From Frankiales bacterium (lineage in GTDB: Bacteria > Actinomycetota > Actinomycetes > JAFAQI01), in the NCBI GenBank assembly GCA_025980465.1, contig JAICXJ010000001.1:65705-129704 (forward strand): a stretch of DNA of 64,000 nt, read 5' to 3'. A program made the translations under genes and the position numbers. Position 1 is the stretch's first letter; each line of letters opens with the position of its first letter. Shown piece by piece: positions 1-11,868 of this stretch. The notes below the pieces were generated by a model. That model was given only the letters and a program-made list of their open reading frames with translations, had not been told where the DNA came from and did no database searches.

Positions 1-361
1 CGAAGTCGCCGCCGTACAAGGTCGGCAATGGCCAATGAATGAGGAACAGGTCGACGTGGTCGAAACCCAGCCGCTTCAACGACGAGTCGAACGCGCGTCG
101 TGCGTCGTCCGGCAAGTGGTAGCCGTTGTTGAGCTTGGTGGTGACGAACACCTCCTCGCGAGCCAGTCCGGAACGCGCGATGGCCTCGCCGACGCCGGCT
201 TCGTTCTCATACATCTGCGCGGTGTCGATGTGGCGGTAGCCGAGCTCGAGGGCTCGTGCCGTCGCCGCCGCGGTCTGTTCCGGGGGCACCAGGAACACGC
301 CGAAGCCGAACTGCGGGATCGTCACGCCGTTGTTCAGCGCGATGTCGGGAATCGAACTCAT
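1..361 (-). CDS. aldo/keto reductase, partial (ATG at 361; C-terminus lies beyond window start)
   Basis: Reverse-strand translation from 361 gives MSSIPDIALNNGVTIPQFGFGVF...IDTAQMYENE...LFLIHWP, typical of 2,5-diketo-D-gluconate-reductase-like AKRs. Not in the ORF track because it is truncated by the window edge. Confidence 0.8.
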   Translation of the reverse strand, partial: MSSIPDIALNNGVTIPQFGFGVFLVPPEQTAAATARALELGYRHIDTAQMYENEAGVGEAIARSGLAREEVFVTTKLNNGYHLPDDARRAFDSSLKRLGFDHVDLFLIHWPLPTLYGGDF

Positions 362-371
362 GACGAACGTT

Positions 372-1358
372 CTACCCGGCGAGAGCGGGTAGGACCTTCT
401 CGGTGTAGAGGTTGACGGTGTCCCAGCCCGCCTCGATCGGCACGCCGCCGCAGAGCGGGTGCAACACCATCGTGGCGAAGTCACCCTCTGCTTTGCAGAT
501 CTCGACCGCCTGCTGCGGCGCGAGGATGCGGTAGATGCCTTCTGCGCGCAGCTCCTCGACGTTGCTGGCATGGGAAGCAACGGCCGAGTGGATGTCGCCG
601 GTCTGCCAGCTCTGGTAGGTCAGGGCCTCGTGCAGGAGATGATCGCCGAGCTCGGCCCACGCCTTGTCCGGGTCCTCCGCGATCAGGGTCAGCGTGGTCT
701 TCTCCGGCGGCATGATCATGAACGGGGTCGTACCGTGCTCCTTGCACTGCTCCTCGTAGTACGCCTGCAGTTCCGGCAGGTTCGCCGCCGGCAGCAAGCC
801 CAGTCCCAAGCGGGCGGCGCGGCGGGCAGCCGGCTTGCCGCTTCCGCCGACGAACACGATGCCGGCGGCCGGTGTCTTCGGTGTCGGCGTCACCCGCACC
901 GTCCGGTCCTGGAAGGTGAACTCCTCGCCGGACCAGGCGTTGACAAGCGCCTCGAGGGAGGAATCCATCAAGGCGCCGCGACCCTTCCAGTCGGCTCCCG
1001 CCATGGCGTACTCGTCCGGCCGGTAACCGAGGCCAGCAACGACGTTGATCCGACCACCGCTGGCCAGATCGAGTACGGCGACTGCTTCCGCTACCCGGAT
1101 CGGATCGTTCAGGGGCAGCAGCAGCGCCTGGATCATCACCCGCAGCTGCTTGGTGCGTCCGAGCACCATCCCGGCGAAGGTCAACGGCGCTGGGCTCCAG
1201 GCGTTGTCCACGCCGTGATGCTCCTCGAGGGTCACCGCCATGAAGTGGTGCCGGTCGGCGACCTCGGCCATCTCGACGCCGGCCTGGTACATCTGCGCCA
1301 ACGTCGCCGGAGCGCGGCCGGGCAGCACGAAGTTGAAGCGCATGATCGAGATCGGCAT
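372..1358 (-). CDS. LLM-class (luciferase-like) flavin/F420-dependent oxidoreductase
   Basis: The 328-aa ORF has a luciferase-like monooxygenase fold signature (AVTLEEHHG, GGRINVVAGLGY). It appears co-transcribed with the downstream AKR. Confidence 0.8.
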   Translation of the reverse strand: MPISIMRFNFVLPGRAPATLAQMYQAGVEMAEVADRHHFMAVTLEEHHGVDNAWSPAPLTFAGMVLGRTKQLRVMIQALLLPLNDPIRVAEAVAVLDLASGGRINVVAGLGYRPDEYAMAGADWKGRGALMDSSLEALVNAWSGEEFTFQDRTVRVTPTPKTPAAGIVFVGGSGKPAARRAARLGLGLLPAANLPELQAYYEEQCKEHGTTPFMIMPPEKTTLTLIAEDPDKAWAELGDHLLHEALTYQSWQTGDIHSAVASHASNVEELRAEGIYRILAPQQAVEICKAEGDFATMVLHPLCGGVPIEAGWDTVNLYTEKVLPALAG

Positions 1359-1372
1359 GGCCGCTACGTTAT

Positions 1373-1387
1373 CTGACGGCCCGTCAG
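1373..1387. promoter_or_regulatory. Palindromic operator CTGACGGcCCGTCAG (copy 1 of the recurrent CTGACG-N3-CGTCAG motif)
   Basis: Perfect 7-1-7 inverted repeat located 14 bp upstream of the LLM oxidoreductase start. The same 15-mer occurs at 21660. Confidence 0.6.
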
Positions 1388-1407
1388 AAACTCGCGCCAG
1401 TTCCTGG

Positions 1408-1938
1408 TCAGCGGTCGTTGATGACGATGCCGGCTTCGAAGGCGAGCGCAGTCGCCATCGCCGCCAGGTCGCTGGCGTCGAGATGCGCGCGCTTCAGCCC
1501 CGCGGTGCCCGAGATACCCGACAGATCACAGTTGGTGATCGACAGGCACTTCACGTCGGCCGCGTCGAACTGGGCCCGCTGCAGGTCGCAGTCGGCGATC
1601 GTCACGTGCTCGAACGCCGTGTGGTAGAAGTCCGTGCCGGACAGGTCGCAGTCGCGAAACACGACATGCCGCAGCCGGCTGAAGCGCAACGACAGCTCGC
1701 TCGTCGCGCATCCCTCGATCAGCACGTCGTCGAGTTGGCCCTTCGCCAATGTCACGCCCCGGACCCTGGTGCGAAGGACCTCCGCGCGGCGTACGACGTA
1801 GCCGGTTGCGACAACGCCTGAGACATCGCAGTCCTCGAGCTTGAGGTCAAGCCACTCGGGCCGGTCGAGGTCGAGCTCGAGCAGCCGGGCGTCTTTCAGC
1901 CACACGTCGCGGACGTCGCCATCCTCGCAGTCCGGCAT
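1408..1938 (-). CDS. pentapeptide-repeat protein (MfpA/Qnr-like)
   Basis: Tandem A(D/N)LxX pentapeptide repeats run throughout. The ORF track extends to 2013, but that would leave only 11 bp to the divergent methyltransferase, so the internal Met at 1938 was chosen. Confidence 0.7.
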   Translation of the reverse strand: MPDCEDGDVRDVWLKDARLLELDLDRPEWLDLKLEDCDVSGVVATGYVVRRAEVLRTRVRGVTLAKGQLDDVLIEGCATSELSLRFSRLRHVVFRDCDLSGTDFYHTAFEHVTIADCDLQRAQFDAADVKCLSITNCDLSGISGTAGLKRAHLDASDLAAMATALAFEAGIVINDR

Positions 1939-2024
1939 CTCGGCAGCCGGGGTCTGCGCGCTCAGCGACGGCTCGGCGGTGCGATGGGGTCGGCCGCAGG
2001 GTGTGACCGGCATAGGTTGCAGGC

Positions 2025-2796
2025 TATGGCGACACGGGAAGAACGGGCGCGCTCGTTCGGCGCCATCGCCGAGGACTACGACCGGCTCCGTCCTTCGCCG
2101 GCCTCCGACGCAGTCGACTGGCTGGTCCCGCCGGGCTGCACGGTGGCGGTGGACGTCGCGGCCGGCACCGGCCTGTTGACGCGGCAGCTCGCGCAGCGGG
2201 TGCCGCGGGTGATCGCGGTCGAGCCCGATCCGCGGATGCGCGACGTACTCGTGGCCCGCTCGCCTGCGATCGAGGCCCTCGATGGCACCGGCGAGTCGAT
2301 CCCGCTACCGGACCGGTACGCCGACGCGCTGTTCGTCTCATCGGCGTGGCACTGGCTGGACCCCGAGCGTGCGCTTCCAGAAATCGCGCGGGTGCTCCGC
2401 GACGGCGGTCGGCTCGGGGTGCTCTGGACCAGCCGCGACCGCGACATCGAATGGGTGCGCGACCTCGATCGGGGACCGCATGACCCGCCGTGGGACAGCG
2501 ATTCGGAAGCCGCGCATCGGCAACGGCGGGCGATCGGGCTGGAAGACCTCCGCGACTTCGACCACGTCGAGCTGGCGTCGTTCGGGTTCACCCGCCGGAT
2601 GCGCCTCGACGACGTCGTCGAGATGATCGCGACTTACAGCGCCGTCATCACCTCGACCGGGCCGGAGCGAGACGAGCTGCTGGACGCGGCGGGTGCGAAG
2701 CTGACGGCGCGTTTCCCGGGCGAGGACGAGATCGAGGTCCCGATGCGGAGCTGGTGCCTGCGCGCGAGCCGGATCAACCGCCCACGGTGTCAGTAG
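2025..2796 (+). CDS. class I SAM-dependent methyltransferase
   Basis: VDVAAGTGLLTRQL SAM-binding motif I and a Methyltransf_11-like architecture. Confidence 0.75.
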
Positions 2797-3526
2797 TGCT
2801 ACTACGCAGCCGGTTGGCGGCGCGGCTGCCGGCGACGCGGCGGATCTCGGCGACCCGCTCGGCGGTCGGCAGGATGAACAGTCCGGTCGCCTCCGCGGTG
2901 ACCCTGCCGTCCACCGTGATCTCGCCGCTGGCGTGGACCCGCCGGCCGTTGACCGAGTCGGTGCGAGCTCGCAGGACCAGCGGTACGCCGTACGGTGTCC
3001 CGCGGCGATAGCGGATCGTCAGCTCACCTGTCATCGCCGGATGGCCGGACACGATGTTCGCCGAGCCGAGCAGCTGGTCGAGAAGTGCTGCGACCCAGCC
3101 GCCGTGGACGAACCCCGCCGGCCCCTCGTGGATCGCGCGCATCGTCAGCTCGCTCCTGACGCTGCCGTCCTCGCACACCGTGATCGGCATCGGCGGCGCC
3201 ATCGGGTGGGCCCGGCCCAGCACGGCGTTGTAAGGCCGGTCGCCGCGACGCATCCGCTCGACGGGTGGCCACGGCATTCCGGCGGCCAGCCGGCTGCCGT
3301 CGCCGCCACTGAGCCGCTCGGTGAGCTCGTCGACCGCCGCGGCGATCTCGAGCTGCTCGTCGCCGGTTGCATCACTGGTCACCGCCGCATCGAGCAGTGC
3401 CCGCAGCGATGCTGCGAGAAGTTCGGCCGGCCCGTCCTCCGGCTGATCGGTGTAGTCGATCAGTGGCATCAGCGCCGGCGACGACGTCGCGTCCTCGACG
3501 GCCCGGTCTTGGGACTGCGGGGTCAT
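2774..3526 (-). CDS. PaaI-family hotdog-fold thioesterase with N-terminal extension
   Basis: C-terminal hotdog domain (HGGWVAALLDQLLG...GELTIRY) after an acidic N-terminal region. Confidence 0.65.
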   Translation of the reverse strand: MTPQSQDRAVEDATSSPALMPLIDYTDQPEDGPAELLAASLRALLDAAVTSDATGDEQLEIAAAVDELTERLSGGDGSRLAAGMPWPPVERMRRGDRPYNAVLGRAHPMAPPMPITVCEDGSVRSELTMRAIHEGPAGFVHGGWVAALLDQLLGSANIVSGHPAMTGELTIRYRRGTPYGVPLVLRARTDSVNGRRVHASGEITVDGRVTAEATGLFILPTAERVAEIRRVAGSRAANRLRSSTTDTVGG

Positions 3527-4311
3527 GTGCCCGTGAAGTTCGGCGTGCGCTTCTCCTTGAACGCCAGCGTGCCTTCCTTGGCATCGTTGGTGCCGAAGAT
3601 CGTCACGCCGATCTCGAGCTCCTTCGCGAGGCCCTCCGCCTCAGGAAGCCCCTCGCTCTCCTGCACGGCTCGCTTGACCGCCTGCACCGACAGGGGCGCG
3701 TTGGCCGCGATCCGCTCCGCGATCTCCAGCGCGTGCTTGAGTGCCTCGCCGTCGGGCACGACCCGGCCGATCAGACCGATCCGTTCGGCCTCGGCAGCGG
3801 AGATCCGCTCGCCGATGAGCAGCATCTCCATCGCCTTCGTGAAACCGATCTGGCGCCGCAGCCGCACCGTCGATCCGCCGAGCGGGAACAGCCCGCGGGT
3901 CACCTCGGTGATGCCGAAGACAGCGCTCTCACCGGCAACCCGGATGTCGGTCGCCTGCAGGATCTCGGTGCCGCCGGCCAGGGCGTAGCCCTCGACGGCG
4001 GCGATGAGCGGCTTGGTCAGCCGGTGGCTGCGCAGCAGTGCCTTCCAGTGCAGTCCGGCGTCCTCCCGCATCCGCTCGGCCGCTTCCGACGTCGTACCGG
4101 AGGCGTTCATCGCCTTCAGGTCGGCGCCGGAGCAGAACGTTCCGCCGGCTCCGGTGAGTACGGCGCACCGGATCTCGGGATCGCTGTCGACCCGGTCCCA
4201 GGAGTCGGCCAGGCCGACCAGCATCTCCGCGGACAGCGCGTTGCGGGCCTCGGGACGGTTCATCGTCAGGACCAGGACATGGCCCTGCTGCTCGACGTCC
4301 AGATGAGCCAT
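3523..4311 (-). CDS. enoyl-CoA hydratase/isomerase (crotonase family)
   Basis: Crotonase motifs (LTGAGGTFCSGADLK, GYALAGGTEI). ATG at 4311. In operon with the thiolase. Confidence 0.85.
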   Translation of the reverse strand: MAHLDVEQQGHVLVLTMNRPEARNALSAEMLVGLADSWDRVDSDPEIRCAVLTGAGGTFCSGADLKAMNASGTTSEAAERMREDAGLHWKALLRSHRLTKPLIAAVEGYALAGGTEILQATDIRVAGESAVFGITEVTRGLFPLGGSTVRLRRQIGFTKAMEMLLIGERISAAEAERIGLIGRVVPDGEALKHALEIAERIAANAPLSVQAVKRAVQESEGLPEAEGLAKELEIGVTIFGTNDAKEGTLAFKEKRTPNFTGT

Positions 4312-4316
4312 CGCGA

Positions 4317-6853
<2,537 letters not shown>

Positions 6854-6864
<11 letters not shown>

Positions 6865-7294
6865 CGTCCTAACGGCTCCGCATTCGATCGAGTACACCTA
6901 CACCCGCTCCACCGGTCCGATGATCGGCGCCTTCATGACCGGGCTGCGCGACGGCAAGATCATCGGCGTGCGCGGTGCGGATGGCCGGGTGCACGTTCCG
7001 GCGATCGACTACGACCCGGTGACCAGCGAGGACCTCAGCGAGCTGGTCGAGGTCGCCGACACCGGCGTCGTGACGACGTGGTCCTGGAACGACCAGCCGC
7101 GATCGGGCCAGCCGCTCGAGCATCCGTTCGCTTGGGCGCTGGTGCGATGGGACGGCGCCGACACGGCCATGCTCGTGGCGGTCGACTGCGGCGACGCCTC
7201 GACGATCAGCACCGGCGCGAAGGTGAAGGCCCGCTGGGCCGATGAGCGCACCGGCACGATCCACGACCTTTGCTGCTGCGAGCTTCAGTCATGA
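6854..7294 (+). CDS. DUF35-like OB-fold protein lacking the N-terminal zinc ribbon
   Basis: OB-fold region resembling DUF35 (GVVTTWSWNDQ) but with no CxxC pairs. Overlaps the cyp125 stop and is coupled to the next gene. Confidence 0.55.
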
Positions 7295-7797
7295 GCGCCG
7301 ATGTAGTGGACGAGGCAGTGCCCCCGGTCACGGTCATCGAGTGCCCGACCCGGCTCGACTTCTCCTACACGCCGGGCGTGGCGCAGTCGCGGTTCCTGCG
7401 GGCACTCGAACGCGGCGAGATCACCGGACAGCGCTGCCCGAAGTGCAAGAAGGTCTACGTGCCGCCGCGGGGCGCCTGCTCGATGTGCGGCGTGGCGACC
7501 GAAGAGGAGCTGGTGCTGTCCGGCAAGGGCACCATCACCACGTTCTGTACGACGCAGATCCCCAGTCCGGGGCTGGTCCCGCCGTACGTGACGGCGTGGA
7601 TCCGGCTCGACGGCTCGGACATCACCTCGATGTTCCTGATCCAGGAATGCGACCCGGCCGAGGTGCGGCTGGGGATGCGGGTGGAGGCAGTCTGGGTCGA
7701 GGAGGCAGATCGCAAAGCCGACCTGGGAAACATCTCCTATTTCCGGCCGATCGACGAGCCCGACGCCGAGTACGAGACGTACAAGGACTACGTATGA
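7291..7797 (+). CDS. DUF35 protein (rubredoxin-like Zn ribbon + OB fold), Ltp/ChsH2-partner type
   Basis: CPKCKK...CSMCG zinc ribbon followed by an OB fold. ATGA overlaps at both ends. Confidence 0.75.
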   Translation: MSADVVDEAVPPVTVIECPTRLDFSYTPGVAQSRFLRALERGEITGQRCPKCKKVYVPPRGACSMCGVATEEELVLSGKGTITTFCTTQIPSPGLVPPYVTAWIRLDGSDITSMFLIQECDPAEVRLGMRVEAVWVEEADRKADLGNISYFRPIDEPDAEYETYKDYV

Positions 7798-8738
7798 GGA
7801 ACTTCAAGCGGCCGGTCGCGATCGTCGCGTCGGCGTCATTCGAGACGCCGTCGGAGCCGTCGCGCAACGAGGTCGAGCTGCTGCTGCCGGTCATCCATGA
7901 CGCGTTAGGGCAGGTCGGGCTGACCCAGCAGGACATCGGGTTCACCGTGTCCGGCTCGAGCGACTATCTGCAGGGCTTCCCGTTCGCCTTCGTCGGTGCC
8001 CTCGATGCGGTCGGTGCCTGGCCACCGATCCGGGAGTCGCACCTGGAGATGGACGGCGCGTTCGCGCTGGCCGAGGCGGTCGCGGTCCTGCAGCACGGGC
8101 ACGTCGACACCGCGCTGGTCTACGCCTTCGCCCGACCATCGCGGGGTGACCTCGACCGGACCCTGTCGATCCAGCTCGACCCGTACTCGGTGGCGCCGCT
8201 GTGGCCGGATGCGCGCGGCCTGGCCGGGCTCCAGGCGCAGGCGATGCGCGACTCCGGCCGGTTCGATTCGGTGCCCGAGGTGCCCCCAACCCACGTCGCA
8301 GACGGCTGCACCGCGGTGGTTCTCGCGGTCGGCGACCGAGCGCGGGAGCTGACCAAGACGCCGGTCTGGATCACTGGCATCGATCACCGCATCGAGGCGC
8401 CGGCGCTCGGGGTCCGCGACCTCGCCACGTCGGTCTCCACTCGCCTCGCAGCCGAGAGCGCCGGAGCGACTGACGTCGATGCGGCGTACCTACACGTGCT
8501 GTATCCGCATCAGGAGCTGCTGCTGCGGGATGCGCTGGGCCTGAACGGCCAGCCGGTGCACAGCTCGGCCGGGCCGATGATGGTCGGCGGCCTGGAGCGA
8601 ATCGCGGCGGCCGCGAAGGCGGTCGCGGCAGGTGACGCCAGGCGCGCCGTCGCCCACGCCACCAGCGGCCCCTGCCTGCAACAGAACCTCGTCGCCGTAT
8701 TAGACGCCACAGCCGTACTGGAAGGCGCTGCCGCATGA
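7794..8738 (+). CDS. ltp4: thiolase-like lipid-transfer protein, Ltp4-like partner subunit
   Basis: SCP-x/thiolase-like fold. The ORF-track 498-aa ORF from 7242 is a frame artefact; the in-frame start MRNFKRP at 7794 overlaps the upstream stop. Confidence 0.65.
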   Translation: MRNFKRPVAIVASASFETPSEPSRNEVELLLPVIHDALGQVGLTQQDIGFTVSGSSDYLQGFPFAFVGALDAVGAWPPIRESHLEMDGAFALAEAVAVLQHGHVDTALVYAFARPSRGDLDRTLSIQLDPYSVAPLWPDARGLAGLQAQAMRDSGRFDSVPEVPPTHVADGCTAVVLAVGDRARELTKTPVWITGIDHRIEAPALGVRDLATSVSTRLAAESAGATDVDAAYLHVLYPHQELLLRDALGLNGQPVHSSAGPMMVGGLERIAAAAKAVAAGDARRAVAHATSGPCLQQNLVAVLDATAVLEGAAA

Positions 8739-9892
8739 GCAACCGGGTAGCGGTCGTCGGAGTCGGCCAGACCAAGTACGCCGCCAAGCGACAGGACGTC
8801 TCGATCGCGGGGCTGCTGCGCGAGGCCGCGACGCGGGCGCTCGACGACGCCGGAATGACGTGGGCCGACATCGACGCGGTCGTGATCGGCAAGGCGCCGG
8901 ACATGTTCGAGGGCGTGATGATGCCGGAGCTCTACCTGGCCGATGCACTCGGCGCGGTGGGCAAGCCGATGCTTCGGGTGCACACCGCGGGCAGCGTGGG
9001 TGGCTCGACCGGCGTGATGGCGACCCACCTGGTGTCGAGCGGCGCGCACAAGCGGGTGCTCGTCGTCTGTTTCGAGAAGCAGAGTGAGTCGAACGCCACC
9101 TGGGCGCTGTCGATCCGGCTGCCGTTCACCGGCGGCTCGGTCACCGGCGCCGGCGGCTTCTTCGCGCCGGTCATCCGGGCGTACATGCGCCGCGCCAACG
9201 CGCCGGACGACATCGGGATCAAGGTCGCCGTGAAGGATCGACTCAACGCGCTGAACAACCCCTACGCCCACCTGAAGCTCCCTGACATCAGCGAGGAGAT
9301 GGTGCGCGAGTCGCCGATGCTGTGGGACCCGATCCGCTACCTCGAGACCTGCCCCTCCTCCGACGGTGCGTGCGCGATCGTGTTGGCGGATGAGGACAGC
9401 GCCAAGGGCACCCCGAACCCACCGGCCTGGATCCACGGCACCGCGGTCCGCTCGGAGCCGACCATGGGCGCCGGCCGCGACGTGGTCAACCCGCACGCCG
9501 GTCGCGATTGTGCGAAGGACGTCTACGCCCAGGCCGGCATCACCGATCCGCGCCGCGACATCGACTGCGCCGAGATCTACGTCCCGTTCTCCTGGTACGA
9601 GCCGATGTGGATGGAGAACCTCGGCTTCGCCGCTGAGGGCGAGGGTTGGAAGATGGTGGACGACGGTTCGACGTCGTTCACCGGTGACATGCCGATCAAC
9701 CCGTCGGGCGGGGTGCTCTCGTCCAACCCGATCGGCGCGTCCGGCATGTGCCGGTTCGCCGAGGCGGCATTGCAGGTGCGGGGCATGGCGGGTGACCATC
9801 AGGTCGACGGCGCGCGCACCGCGCTGGGCCACGCGTACGGCGGCGGCGCGCAGTTCTTCGCGATGTGGATCGTCGGAAGCGAACCCCGGTGA
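8735..9892 (+). CDS. ltp3: lipid-transfer protein / SCP-x-type thiolase (Ltp3-like, catalytic partner)
   Basis: MSNRVAVVGVGQTKY thiolase-like N-terminus. ATGA overlap with ltp4-like. Ltp3/Ltp4 are KstR-regulon members in Mtb. Confidence 0.7.
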   Translation: MSNRVAVVGVGQTKYAAKRQDVSIAGLLREAATRALDDAGMTWADIDAVVIGKAPDMFEGVMMPELYLADALGAVGKPMLRVHTAGSVGGSTGVMATHLVSSGAHKRVLVVCFEKQSESNATWALSIRLPFTGGSVTGAGGFFAPVIRAYMRRANAPDDIGIKVAVKDRLNALNNPYAHLKLPDISEEMVRESPMLWDPIRYLETCPSSDGACAIVLADEDSAKGTPNPPAWIHGTAVRSEPTMGAGRDVVNPHAGRDCAKDVYAQAGITDPRRDIDCAEIYVPFSWYEPMWMENLGFAAEGEGWKMVDDGSTSFTGDMPINPSGGVLSSNPIGASGMCRFAEAALQVRGMAGDHQVDGARTALGHAYGGGAQFFAMWIVGSEPR

Positions 9893-10653
9893 GCGCCGAC
9901 TACCTGCAGCTCGGCGGGAAGGTCTGCCTCGTCACCGGCGGCTCGCGGGGGATGGGCGAGTGCACGGTGCGCCGGCTACACGCCGAGGGCGCGACGGTCA
10001 TCGCGGCGGACGTGCTCGACGACGAGGGCAAGGCGCTCGCCGAGGAGCTCGGGGAGGGTGTCCGATACGTGCACCTCGACGTCAGCAAAGAGGCCGGCTG
10101 GATCGAGCTGATCGCCGAGATCGACCGCGACTTCGGCCGCCTCGACGTTCTGGTCAACAACGCCGGCATTCTGCGGTTCGCCGCCATCACGGACATCGAC
10201 GCCGAGGAGATGCAGCAGATCCTGGGCGTGAACCTGTTCGGCGTGACGTTCGGGATGAAGCACTCGATCCCGCTGATGAAGCGCGGCGGCGGCGGCTCGA
10301 TCGTGAACCTGTCCTCGACCGAGGGCCTCGGCGGGACGCTGTTCTGCGGCGCGTACACCGCCAGCAAGTTCGCGGTGCGCGGCATCACCAAGGTTGCCGC
10401 GATCGAGCACGGCCGGGAGGGCATCAGGGTCAACTCGGTGCATCCGGGCGGGATCGACACCCCGATGACCCGGGCGGTCGTGGATGACGAGGGCCGCAAG
10501 TACATCGCGAGCCGGGTGGCCGGATTGAAGCGGATGGGCACCGCCGACGAGGTCGCGAAGCTGATCGTCTTCCTGGCCAGCGACGCCTCGTCGTACAGCA
10601 CCGGAGCAGAGTTCGTCGTCGACGGTGGCGCGACCGCCAGCGCCGGTTTCTAG
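9889..10653 (+). CDS. SDR-family oxidoreductase (hydroxysteroid dehydrogenase-like)
   Basis: TGGSRGMG Rossmann motif, YTASK catalytic motif. GTGA overlap with ltp3-like stop. Confidence 0.8.
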   Translation: MSADYLQLGGKVCLVTGGSRGMGECTVRRLHAEGATVIAADVLDDEGKALAEELGEGVRYVHLDVSKEAGWIELIAEIDRDFGRLDVLVNNAGILRFAAITDIDAEEMQQILGVNLFGVTFGMKHSIPLMKRGGGGSIVNLSSTEGLGGTLFCGAYTASKFAVRGITKVAAIEHGREGIRVNSVHPGGIDTPMTRAVVDDEGRKYIASRVAGLKRMGTADEVAKLIVFLASDASSYSTGAEFVVDGGATASAGF

Positions 10654-10677
10654 ACCTCTTATATAAGGAGCGGGCCG

Positions 10678-11853
10678 ATGCGGATCGCCTACACCGACTC
10701 CCAGCTCTCGTTGCGCGAGGAGCTCCGGGAGTACTTCAAGACGATCGTCACCCCCGAGGTCACCAGTGCGATGTCGAACGGCGGTCTCGGTACGCCGGAG
10801 TGCATGGCCGCGGTACGCCAGATGGGCAAGGACGGCTGGCTGGGCGTCGGGTGGCCGAAGGAGTACGGCGGCCGCGGCTTCGGTCGGATGGAACAGTTCG
10901 TGTTTTACGACGAGGCGCAGCGCGCCGGCGCGCCGTTGCCGTTCCTGTCGATCAACACGATCGGTCCTGCCATCCAGCAGTTCGGGTCCGAGGAGATGAA
11001 GTCCGACATCCTGCCGCGGATCCTCGGCGGTGAGTGCTTCGTGTCGATCGGCTACTCCGAGCCGGGCGCCGGCACCGACCTGGCGGGTCTGAAGACCCGG
11101 GCGGTCCGTGACGGTGACGAGTGGGTGATCAACGGCCAGAAGATCTACACCAGCCTGACCGACCATGCCGACTACATCTGGCTGGCCTGCCGCACCAACC
11201 CGGATCTGGGCAAGCACAAGGGAATCTCGATCATCCTCGTGCCGACCGACTCCGAGGGCTTCTCCTACACCCCGATCAACACGATCGGCGACCACGCGAC
11301 GTACTCGACGTACTACCAGGACGTGCGGGTGCCGGTGTCGAACACGGTCGGTGAGATCGATGGCGGCTGGAAGATCATCACCACGCAGCTCAACTACGAG
11401 CGGATCTCCCTCGCCGTTCCGGCGCATCTCGAGCGCAACTACAGCGAGGTGCTGCGCTGGGCGCAGGAGACCAAGCTCCCCGACGGCCGCCGGGTCATCG
11501 ATCAGGAGTGGGTGCAGACGCACCTGGCGAAGGTGCGGGCCCGGCTCGAGGGGCTGCAGCTGCTGAACTGGAAGAACGTCTGGCAGGACAGTGTCGGACA
11601 GGTGTCGATCGCGGACTCTTCCGCGGTCAAGGTGTACGGCACCACCCAGTACTGCGAGTGCTACGACCTGCTGCTCGAGGTGTTGGGTGCGGCCGGCGTC
11701 CTCAAGGGTGACTCGCCAGGGTCGGTGCTTGCCGGACGGCTCGAGCGGTCCTACCGCGGCACGTTGATCCTCACCTTCGGCGGCGGCACGAACGAGATCC
11801 AGCGAGATCTCATCGCCATCTTCGGCCTCGGCATGCCACGGTCTTTGCGGTAG
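10678..11853 (+). CDS. acyl-CoA dehydrogenase, FadE26/ChsE4-like alpha subunit
   Basis: ACAD fold (YSEPGAGTDLAGLKT, C-terminal GGTNEIQRD). Precedes a second ACAD, consistent with an alpha2beta2 steroid ACAD pair. Confidence 0.8.
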   Translation: MRIAYTDSQLSLREELREYFKTIVTPEVTSAMSNGGLGTPECMAAVRQMGKDGWLGVGWPKEYGGRGFGRMEQFVFYDEAQRAGAPLPFLSINTIGPAIQQFGSEEMKSDILPRILGGECFVSIGYSEPGAGTDLAGLKTRAVRDGDEWVINGQKIYTSLTDHADYIWLACRTNPDLGKHKGISIILVPTDSEGFSYTPINTIGDHATYSTYYQDVRVPVSNTVGEIDGGWKIITTQLNYERISLAVPAHLERNYSEVLRWAQETKLPDGRRVIDQEWVQTHLAKVRARLEGLQLLNWKNVWQDSVGQVSIADSSAVKVYGTTQYCECYDLLLEVLGAAGVLKGDSPGSVLAGRLERSYRGTLILTFGGGTNEIQRDLIAIFGLGMPRSLR

Positions 11854-11868
11854 AGGAGCAGACATCTC

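Noticed and set aside
459-1376. Long ORFs antisense to, or frame-shifted within, well-supported genes. Examples are 459-1376(+), 4407-5540(+), 5590-6753(-), 9976-11946(-), 16953-17981(-), 22882-23962(-) and 26899-28551(-).
   Set aside because: These are expected artefacts of about 70% GC (stop-codon depletion). Their translations are Arg/Ala/Pro-rich low complexity with no motifs, and each overlaps a gene with clear homology.
7242-8738. The 498-aa ORF-track ORF spanning the DUF35 gene and the Ltp4-like gene.
   Set aside because: Its N-terminal 185 aa are an out-of-frame read-through of the DUF35 gene. The real gene starts at the in-frame ATG at 7794 (MRNFKRP), which overlaps the upstream stop.
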